Below are positions 57,491 through 64,000 of a DNA stretch of 64,000 bases, one piece after another (position 1 is the stretch's first letter; the number at the start of each line of letters is the position of its first letter). Under the pieces are notes generated by a model. It saw only the letters and a list, made by a program, of their open reading frames with translations, was not told where the DNA came from and searched no databases. The DNA lies in contig CP186953.1 in NCBI GenBank assembly GCA_049570475.1, forward strand, positions 416,001-480,000, in the 5' to 3' direction. Origin of the DNA: Candidatus Methanosuratincola verstraetei (GTDB lineage Archaea > Thermoproteota > Methanomethylicia > Methanomethylicales > Methanomethylicaceae). A program made the position numbers and the translations under genes.

Positions 57491-59500
57491 ATGGGAACCA
57501 GAAGCGAGTTTTTCACAGTCTGCCCCCGCGACTGCTACGACACATGCGCGATGATAACCCGCGTGGAAGGGGGGCGGATCGACTCGATCAGGCCTAGGCT
57601 GGACCATGGTCTAACCCGCGGCTTCCTCTGCAAGAAAGGGCAGAGGGCGCTCGAGTACGTCTTCTCCCCTGAAAGGCTCAAGTACCCGCTCAGGAGGGTC
57701 GGGAGGAAGGGCGAGGGGAAGTTCGAGAGGATCAGCTGGGACGCCGCGCTGAGCCTCATCGTGGAGGAGATGGAGGGTGCAATCGAGGATCACGGGCCCG
57801 AATCGATCCTCCCGTACAGCTATGCAGGGCACATGGGGCTGATGAACAGGTATTTCCCGCAGAGGCTCTTCAATCGCATCGGCGCATCGGACCTCGAGTA
57901 CACGATCTGCTCCTCCGCGGGGAAGGGGGCGCTCAGGTACCACTACGGCACGTCAGCCGGGATGGATCCCGAAGACCTTGCCAACTCGTCCCTCGTCGTT
58001 GTCTGGGGGATGAACCCAGCCTGGACCGCGCAACACATCTACCCGATCATCGCGAGGTCGGGCGCAAAGGTCGTTGTGGTCGATCCTGTGAGGACTGAGA
58101 CTGCGGATCGTGCGGATTTGCACCTCCAGGTGAGGCCTGGGACGGACTCCGCGCTCGCGCTGGGCGTGATAAATTACGCGGTCAGCCACAACCTCCATGA
58201 CCAGGAGTTCATCAGGGAGCACACTGTAGGATTCGAGATGCTCGCGCGGAGGGCCTCCGGATTCACAGCCGAGAGGGTCTGCGGCATCTGTGGGATTGGC
58301 GAGGGGGATTTCCTCGATTTTGCGGACGGGTGCTGCAGGGAAAAGCCAGCCGCGTTCCTGATCGGGCTCGGCATCCAGAGGAACCTCAACGGCGGCGAGA
58401 TGGTCAGGGCGATCTCCCTGATCCCGGCGGTTACCGGAAATATCGGCAGGAGGGGAGGCGGGTTCTTCCACTCAAACTCGGCTTACTTCACTGCGGACCC
58501 CACGGTGGTCGCGGGGTTGCCTTCGAGAAAGAGGAGGGAAATAAACATGGTCAGGCTCGGGGAGGCCCTGACCGGCGAGGGGCTGGACCCGCCCGTGAAG
58601 GTCCTTTTTGTTTACAACTCCAACCCGGCTGCGGTATGCCCAGACCAGAACAGGGTGAGGGAGGGGCTCTCCAGGGAGGACCTCTTCACGGTCGTCCACG
58701 ACCTCTTCGTCACGGACACCGCGGACTATGCCGACCTGGTCCTGCCGGCCACAAGCTTCCTCGAGTGCTTCGACATCCACTTCGCATACGGCGGGCTTTA
58801 CGTGGCAATAAACGAGAAGGCGATCGATCCGATAGGGGAGTCGAAGTCGAATTATGACCTCTTCAACGAGCTCTCGGCGAGGATGGGCTACCCGGATCTC
58901 TGCGAGAGCCCGGAGAGCGTAGCGCGGAGGCTGCTGGGGACAGGGTCCGGCTACATGGAGGGGATAACGCTGGAGGAGCTCATGGAGAAGGGCTTCGCCA
59001 GGCTGAGGACGCCCCAGATCCCGCACGTGGCCTTCTCTGATCTGAGGTTCGGGACGCCGTCGGGAAAGATCGAGCTGTGCTCGAGCCTCGCCCAGGCGGA
59101 GGGGATCGACGGGGTGCCTGGGTTCAAGGAGATCAAAGGCGATCACCCGATCAGGCTGCTCTCGCCGTTCCACAGGGACCTCTCCAAGTCCCAGTACCAC
59201 AACATCGGGGCGATCTTCGGCGGGGATGCCCAGATCGTAGAGATCAGCCAGGAGGACGCCGCCGCAAGGGGGATCTCTGACGGTGACCGTGTCAGGGTAT
59301 TCAACGCAAGGGGCGACTGCGTCATGAGGGCAAAGATCTCGCCGAGGGTGAGGAGGGGGGTGGCGGTGACCCACGGGATAGCCTGGCCGAAGCTACTCGA
59401 GGGCGGGAGGAACGTGAACTTCACCACCAGCAGCGAGACGTCGGACATCGGGGGCTGTTCGACATTCCACACGAACTTCGTCGAGATAGAAAGAGCTTGA
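57491..59500 (+). CDS. molybdopterin oxidoreductase, DMSO reductase family (cytoplasmic, substrate unknown)
   Basis: CPRDCYDTC...FLC [4Fe-4S] motif, TICSSAG Cys ligand, TDTA.YADLVLPA, TPSGKIE; no Tat signal. Confidence 0.92.
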   Translation: MGTRSEFFTVCPRDCYDTCAMITRVEGGRIDSIRPRLDHGLTRGFLCKKGQRALEYVFSPERLKYPLRRVGRKGEGKFERISWDAALSLIVEEMEGAIEDHGPESILPYSYAGHMGLMNRYFPQRLFNRIGASDLEYTICSSAGKGALRYHYGTSAGMDPEDLANSSLVVVWGMNPAWTAQHIYPIIARSGAKVVVVDPVRTETADRADLHLQVRPGTDSALALGVINYAVSHNLHDQEFIREHTVGFEMLARRASGFTAERVCGICGIGEGDFLDFADGCCREKPAAFLIGLGIQRNLNGGEMVRAISLIPAVTGNIGRRGGGFFHSNSAYFTADPTVVAGLPSRKRREINMVRLGEALTGEGLDPPVKVLFVYNSNPAAVCPDQNRVREGLSREDLFTVVHDLFVTDTADYADLVLPATSFLECFDIHFAYGGLYVAINEKAIDPIGESKSNYDLFNELSARMGYPDLCESPESVARRLLGTGSGYMEGITLEELMEKGFARLRTPQIPHVAFSDLRFGTPSGKIELCSSLAQAEGIDGVPGFKEIKGDHPIRLLSPFHRDLSKSQYHNIGAIFGGDAQIVEISQEDAAARGISDGDRVRVFNARGDCVMRAKISPRVRRGVAVTHGIAWPKLLEGGRNVNFTTSSETSDIGGCSTFHTNFVEIERA

Positions 59501-60074
59501 GGATCCCCTCCGCGATCGAGAGGTCTTCCCTTGTGTTTACGTTTAGGAAGGTCCAAGATGGCATCTGGGCATCCTCAATGCTGACGAAAACCGGATCCAT
59601 CGCCCCGCAGAGGTCCCTCATGCTGCAGATCCCGTGCCCCTCCGGGAGCCTAGGTATCGAGTAGATCGCAGCCAGGGGCTCGATGTACCCGTTCCGCCAC
59701 GCAGGGACCGCCGCACCGTGTTCGCCGATCCTCGAGAGCAGCAGTTCGGGGAGGCGCGGGTCGAGGAAGGGCATGTCGCAGCCCATCAGGAAAACGAGGT
59801 CGCCCCGGATCTTCCTCAATGAGCATGCAATCCGATCCGGTAGTCCCCCGCGATCATCGTCGAGGATAAGCCGGGGGGCATCCTCGCCAACGAAAATCGA
59901 GGGAGGGAGCTGGCCAGGATCCCTTGCGAGCAGGTATACCTCGCCGGATGCACGGAAGGCGTAATCTAGGGCGTAATCTAGCAGCCTGGCACCCCCCAGC
60001 TCCACGAAGGGCTTCGGAGAGCCTAGCCGGACCGAGGATCCGCCCGCCGCGATCGCCACCGAAAGCTTCCTCAA
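59421..60074 (-). CDS. mobA: molybdenum cofactor guanylyltransferase
   Basis: AAGGSSVRLGSPKP, GCDMPF, EPLAAIY, NVNT.EDL; TTG start at 60074. Confidence 0.88.
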   Translation of the reverse strand: MRKLSVAIAAGGSSVRLGSPKPFVELGGARLLDYALDYAFRASGEVYLLARDPGQLPPSIFVGEDAPRLILDDDRGGLPDRIACSLRKIRGDLVFLMGCDMPFLDPRLPELLLSRIGEHGAAVPAWRNGYIEPLAAIYSIPRLPEGHGICSMRDLCGAMDPVFVSIEDAQMPSWTFLNVNTREDLSIAEGILKLFLSRRSSCGMSNSPRCPTSRCWW

Positions 60075-60439
60075 AACGGGAGACCCACGGGCTTTATCTC
60101 TAATGGGAACTGATCCTTGAGGGTGAAACGGTGCGTCGGTGGGATCGACTTCTCGTAGTGCATGAAGCTCCCCTCCTTGCCCTCGAAGAGCTTCTTCACC
60201 TCCTCGAGGGTCGTTCCCTTTGTCAGCGAGTCGATGCCCCCGTGGAGGTCGGTGTAGTCGTCGTAAAGCCTCGGGCGCTCTGCCTCGATGATCTGGACTA
60301 TCTTCCCCTTCCCATTCAGGTGGTCTTCGTCCCATTCGGTCTCGTCCACAAGCACCTTGAAGGTGCCCGAGGCGTAGGACTTCCTCCACATCACGCACTC
60401 GTAGGTCACCAGCTCTGTGAAAGTGTGCTCCCTGATCAT
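60071..60439 (-). CDS. hypothetical protein coupled to mobA
   Basis: 122 aa, strong host codon bias, TTGA overlap with mobA. Confidence 0.8.
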   Translation of the reverse strand: MIREHTFTELVTYECVMWRKSYASGTFKVLVDETEWDEDHLNGKGKIVQIIEAERPRLYDDYTDLHGGIDSLTKGTTLEEVKKLFEGKEGSFMHYEKSIPPTHRFTLKDQFPLEIKPVGLPF

Positions 60440-60559
60440 AGGACATCCCCTCGAATAATCGCAGGCTGGAAATAAAAACCTGATCCAGCTTTTCGCCGAT
60501 CGAGCCCGCGATATATTGATATTTGTGAGTGGAGTAATGACTCTGCGTGGCAGGGCAAG

Positions 60560-61192
60560 ATGATAATCACCAAGAAGAAACCCTTCGAGACGATCAACGA
60601 GAGCATCAAGCCCTTCAAGAGGGTCTTCATTGTGGGGTGCGGCACGTGCTCCACGGTGTGCCAGACTGGGGGCGAGGCTCAGGCGAAGGAGCTCGCGGAG
60701 AGGATCGGCGGGAAGTGCGCAGGGTACGCCGTCGTCGAGAGCCCCTGCGACATGAGGGTGCTGAGGAGGGACTTGGCGCCGAAGAGGGCTGAGGTCGACT
60801 CGGCGGACGCCATAGTGGCCCTCTGCTGCGGTGCGGGCGCGCAGTCGACGGCTGACTTCACCGGGAAGACTATCATCCCAGGTCTGGACACGCTCTTCAT
60901 CGGCAAGATAGAGAGGATCGGCAGCTTCTACGAGAGGTGCAGGGCATGCACCGACTGCATAATCCTCGAGACCGGGGGGATCTGCCCGTACTCCAGGTGC
61001 GCAAAGGGGCTGCTGAACGGCCCCTGCGGCGGGCAGGTGCAGGGCAAGTGCGAGGTCGGCGGGTACCAGAGGGACTGCGCCTGGGTGCTTGCGTACAACG
61101 CCCTCAAGAAGCAGGAGAGGCTCGATGTCTTCAAGAAGTACAGGCCACCTGCTGACAGGTCGAGGAAGCCCCAGGAGATAGTCACGAGGTAA
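60560..61192 (+). CDS. metV: methylenetetrahydrofolate reductase FeS subunit MetV
   Basis: MIIT..KP, GCGTC..C.TGG, CGAG.Q, C..C..C, CP..RCAKGLLNGPCGG, CEV, CAW. Confidence 0.9.
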   Translation: MIITKKKPFETINESIKPFKRVFIVGCGTCSTVCQTGGEAQAKELAERIGGKCAGYAVVESPCDMRVLRRDLAPKRAEVDSADAIVALCCGAGAQSTADFTGKTIIPGLDTLFIGKIERIGSFYERCRACTDCIILETGGICPYSRCAKGLLNGPCGGQVQGKCEVGGYQRDCAWVLAYNALKKQERLDVFKKYRPPADRSRKPQEIVTR

Positions 61193-61196
61193 GCAG

Positions 61197-62150
61197 GTGG
61201 CACGAATGCGGGAAGCTTTCAGCAGGCTGATCTCGGAGATCCGTTCCGGGAAATTCGTTTATACAGGCGAGATCGCCCCGGGTAAGACGACCAGGGTAGA
61301 AACGCTCATCGAGTCAGCCAAAGCCCTCGGCAGGCACGTGGTGGCATGCAACGTGACGGACAACCCGAGGGCTAGGGCAAACATGAGCAGCCTGGCTGCA
61401 TCTATAGCCGTCCAGGAGAGGGCGGGCGTCGAGGCGATATGCCAGATGACCGCAAGGGACAGGAACCGGATCGCGCTCACCTCTGACCTCCTCGGCGCAT
61501 CTGCCCTCGGTGTGAGGAACGTGCTGGTGATGAGCGGGGACCATCCCTCGTTGGGAGACAACCCCTCTGCGATGCCTGTCTACGACCTCGACTCTGCGCA
61601 GATGGTGGAGCTGGTCAGGAGGATGGTCGACGACGGGACCGATCTGGCGGGGAACAGGATAGACGGGGAGGTGCGGATCCACGTAGGGGTGACCGGGAAC
61701 CCGAACGCCGACCCCCTCGAGGTCGAGATCGCCAAGCTCGAGAGGAAGGCGCAGCTCGGGGCGGAGTTCATTCAGACGCAGGCGGTCTTCGATATCGAGG
61801 TTGCGGAGAGGTTCCTGGAAGCTGTGGATGGCTTCGGGATACCAGTCCTGATAGGGATCCTACCTTGCAGGTCATCCAGGATCGCGGAGCAGATAGCTAA
61901 GAATGTCCCCGGGATAAGGGTGCCGGAGGAATATCTGGGGATGCTGAGGGAAGCCGAAGATCTCAACGATCAGGCTTCAGTGGAAGAGAGGGTCGACCTG
62001 ATGAACGAGGAGTACTTCTCGGGGATGGTGTCCGAGTTGAGGAGGACTGCAAGGCTGGCTGGGGTCCACATCATGGGGGTCGCGTACGGAAGGATCGTGG
62101 GCAGGATAGCGGACGGAGTGGAAAGGAAAATGAGCTGCAGGGTACGGTGA
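61197..62150 (+). CDS. metF: 5,10-methylenetetrahydrofolate reductase MetF
   Basis: NVTDN, Q.T.RDRNR.AL, SGDH, GA.FIQTQ. Confidence 0.92.
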   Translation: MARMREAFSRLISEIRSGKFVYTGEIAPGKTTRVETLIESAKALGRHVVACNVTDNPRARANMSSLAASIAVQERAGVEAICQMTARDRNRIALTSDLLGASALGVRNVLVMSGDHPSLGDNPSAMPVYDLDSAQMVELVRRMVDDGTDLAGNRIDGEVRIHVGVTGNPNADPLEVEIAKLERKAQLGAEFIQTQAVFDIEVAERFLEAVDGFGIPVLIGILPCRSSRIAEQIAKNVPGIRVPEEYLGMLREAEDLNDQASVEERVDLMNEEYFSGMVSELRRTARLAGVHIMGVAYGRIVGRIADGVERKMSCRVR

Positions 62151-63133
62151 TATGCATGGGCAATCTGAACGTAGCCGTTCTGGGGAAGCCGGGGTTTGGC
62201 GCCGGGCTGGGGAAGAAGGGGACAGCCAGCGACATCACATTCTACAACCTGAAGAGGGGCGAGGACACAGTAACATTCATAGAGCCCACGAAGTACCCGG
62301 AGAGGCTGGCCCCGCTCTTCTATGCGGTCTCGATCGCAAAGATGGCTATCCTGGTTGTGGAGAAGATAGACGCAGCATTCGGGGAGACCGCGCTCATGCT
62401 GGACTCCGCAGGGGTTGGCAAGGGACTCATTGTCTTGGCAGGCGCCCCCAAGGAGAAGGTTGCGCAGCTCGTCAAGGGGACGCTGGTGGAGAGATACGAG
62501 TTCTTTGAGGGTGACGTCAACGGGCTGAGGGAGAAAATGGTCAGCATGGCCTCGCAGGCAACGTGCGATCCACAGGAGGGCAATGAAGGGGGATGCGTGG
62601 CGGTCGATCATGCATTCAACGTCAAGGGTACAGGCACGGTGGTGCTGGGGACGGTCATGCAGGGGACGGTCAGGAGGCATGATACGCTTAGGGCCATGCC
62701 TGGCGGCAAGATTGCGCAGGTGAGGTCGATTCAGAAGCACGACGACGACTTTGAAACAGCGTCTGAGGGGGACAGAGTCGGGCTCGCTCTCAAAGGGGTC
62801 CAGCCAGAGGACTTGGAACGCGGCTGCATACTGACGAGCAATGCGTCATTGACTTCGACCAAGGAGATCGCAACCAAGGCAGAGGTGCACAAGTACTGGA
62901 CAGAGCCGCTCGAGGCTGGGATGGTCGTCCACCTTGGGCACTGGATGCAGTTCGTGCCAGGGAAGATCGAGGCGGTGAATGCAAAAGGTGATTGTAGAGA
63001 ACCTGAGATCAAGCTTTCCCTTGGGAAGGAGATAGCATTCCTCCCTGGATCCCAAGGTGTGTTGATGCGTCTTGAGGGCGGGAAGCTGAGGGTCGTGGGC
63101 AAGGTTGGCTTGCCAAAGGGCATTGTGGCATGA
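62147..63133 (+). CDS. archaeal SelB-like elongation factor (aSelBL) with degenerate G domain; start possibly ATG 62156
   Basis: GKKGT.SDIT, P.KYPE, VDHAFNVKGTGTVVLG, VRSIQ.HD, GDRVGLALKG. Confidence 0.85.
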   Translation: MICMGNLNVAVLGKPGFGAGLGKKGTASDITFYNLKRGEDTVTFIEPTKYPERLAPLFYAVSIAKMAILVVEKIDAAFGETALMLDSAGVGKGLIVLAGAPKEKVAQLVKGTLVERYEFFEGDVNGLREKMVSMASQATCDPQEGNEGGCVAVDHAFNVKGTGTVVLGTVMQGTVRRHDTLRAMPGGKIAQVRSIQKHDDDFETASEGDRVGLALKGVQPEDLERGCILTSNASLTSTKEIATKAEVHKYWTEPLEAGMVVHLGHWMQFVPGKIEAVNAKGDCREPEIKLSLGKEIAFLPGSQGVLMRLEGGKLRVVGKVGLPKGIVA

Positions 63134-63280
63134 TTGAAATGAAATAACGCCCGTATTATGATAAAGATCACGATTATTAGCGACGTGACGATTGGGCGAA
63201 AGCCGCAAAAACCGATCTTCATTCTGATCCGTGATTCTTGATTGGGATCCCAGAGGGCATTAATGGCGAGTTTGGTACAA

Positions 63281-63376
63281 TGGTGGGCCCGTCCGGACTC
63301 GAACCGGAGACCTCCGCCGTGTGAGGGCGACTTTAGGCCTTTTTCAGGTGTCCTAACCAGACTAGACTACGGGCCC
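63281..63376 (-). tRNA. tRNA-Val(CAC) with 18-nt non-canonical intron, probably at 25/26 (63332-63349)
   Basis: GGGCCCG acceptor stem, CTCACAC loop, TTCGAGT T-loop, ACCA end; BHB-like TAGG/CCTA helix with ACA and AAG bulges. Confidence 0.92.
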
Positions 63377-63412
63377 GCCCTGTTTAGGGTGGTTCAAAAA
63401 ACTTACTTAAGC

Positions 63413-63574
63413 TTAGCGCTTCAGCTCGCGCCGCTTCGGTCGCAGTTCCTTGCTCCGGCACCTTCTGCATTTTTCAGATGACATAGGGTTCCTGGCGCCG
63501 CACTTCCTGCATATCTTCAGGTAGAGCAGGTGCTTCTGAGCCAGCTGCTGCTTTTCTGGATCTTGGATGGGCAT
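63413..63574 (-). CDS. rpl40e: 50S ribosomal protein L40e
   Basis: Manual translation MPIQDPEKQQLAQKHLLYLKICRKCGARNPMSSEKCRRCRSKELRPKRRELKR (53 aa; not in the ORF track). Confidence 0.97.
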   Translation of the reverse strand: MPIQDPEKQQLAQKHLLYLKICRKCGARNPMSSEKCRRCRSKELRPKRRELKR

Positions 63575-63613
63575 TGACGACCACCGTTTTTAATCCATAC
63601 ACAGGGATCTCAA

Positions 63614-64000
63614 TTATAAATTTTTCCACGGGCGCTTTATCGACGAGATCACGACGTGGGAGGAGGTAGAGATCACCCCGTCTATGCCCGAGACCTCCCC
63701 GAGGAACCGGTCCAGCTGTGCCTGCGGCACGATCGCTACAAGGTCTATCTCTCCGGTCACCCTGTAGACATCGAGCGCCGGCAGCGCCCGGATCTTCTCG
63801 TAGACGGACTCCCTCTTCGGCGGGTTGATCTTCAGGAATACGAATGCCTCGGCAGTTTCCAAGCCCAATACCCTCAGCGCGTCCTCGGTCAGGTCGATGA
63901 AACCCCTCCCAGTCCTGATCAGCCCTGCGTCCCTGAGCTTACGGAGGTGGATGTTCAGCGCCTGCCTGGTCAAGCCCAGGCGTTTTGCGAGGTCTATCTG
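63614..64000 (-). CDS. Lrp/AsnC family transcriptional regulator (5' end truncated by window edge)
   Basis: HTH (QIDLAKRLGLTRQALN.HLRKL) and RAM domain (YRVTGEIDL...ST.SHV). Confidence 0.88.
   Translation of the reverse strand, partial: QIDLAKRLGLTRQALNIHLRKLRDAGLIRTGRGFIDLTEDALRVLGLETAEAFVFLKINPPKRESVYEKIRALPALDVYRVTGEIDLVAIVPQAQLDRFLGEVSGIDGVISTSSHVVISSIKRPWKNL

Noticed and set aside
59421-60446. 341-aa MobA with a long N-terminal extension
   Set aside because: The extension overlaps the better 60071-60439 ORF in another frame; MobA similarity begins at TTG 60074.
6873-63133. Selenocysteine or pyrrolysine recoding suggested by the SelB-like gene
   Set aside because: Metal-ligand positions in EhbN and the molybdopterin enzyme are ordinary Cys; I saw no in-frame TGA/TAG splitting a conserved gene and no tRNA-Sec.
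63160-63240. GTGACGA...CTGA with an ATCACG/CGTGAT stem after aSelBL
   Set aside because: Box spacing and the stem offset do not fit a C/D sRNA; the evidence is too weak.
551-63481. Many antisense and alternate-frame ORFs in the track (e.g. 8009-8725, 36185-36970, 48670-49530, 58472-59374)
   Set aside because: They shadow well-supported genes, carry no recognisable motifs and are expected at this GC content and codon bias.
1-64000. CRISPR arrays, rRNA, RNase P/SRP RNA, inteins (e.g. in AtpA or TFB)
   Set aside because: No periodic repeats or signature sequences were seen, and the protein lengths are normal.

Overview
Archaeal chromosomal window, most likely from a TACK-lineage methylotrophic methanogen (Methanomethylicia/Ca. 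Verstraetearchaeota). This assignment is an inference from an Ehb hydrogenase occurring together with crenarchaeal-type markers: eS30, free TFE-beta, crenarchaeal-style eL40, an ArgDC-like enzyme and a 25/26 tRNA intron. Layout: (1) 1-15.5 kb, an apparently continuous minus-strand operon with ehbA-P running directly into A1Ao ATP synthase F-E-A-B-D-small-K-I. (2) 15.7-32 kb, housekeeping genes (EndoQ, ProRS, ArgDC/AdoMetDC, eS30, Trm1, RNase HII, fibrillarin, Nop5, RlmE, TFE-beta, TFB, Gar1, SRP19, eS8) interleaved with hypA and hypE. (3) 32-35.3 kb, accessory genes, then tRNA-Phe and an intron-containing tRNA-Gly. (4) 35.8-50.1 kb, an alpha-glucan/glycogen locus (two GT4, GH57, MalQ, GlgB, ROK kinase, GalT-like). 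It also holds two apparent pseudoenzymes (a GH57-DUF5752 lacking both catalytic acids and a GT4 N-domain-only protein), a small wHTH protein, and an LSm-HTH fusion followed by a candidate C/D-box sRNA. (5) 50-64 kb, Hom, tRNA-Ala, a surface protein, an orphan CHASE4 kinase, a molybdopterin oxidoreductase with MobA, metV-metF-aSelBL, tRNA-Val with a non-canonical intron, eL40 and an Lrp regulator. The best candidates for undescribed biology are the pseudoenzyme/LSm-HTH-containing glycogen locus and a possible Ehb/ferredoxin-linked MetVF module. All calls are by eye from motifs; no searches were run.
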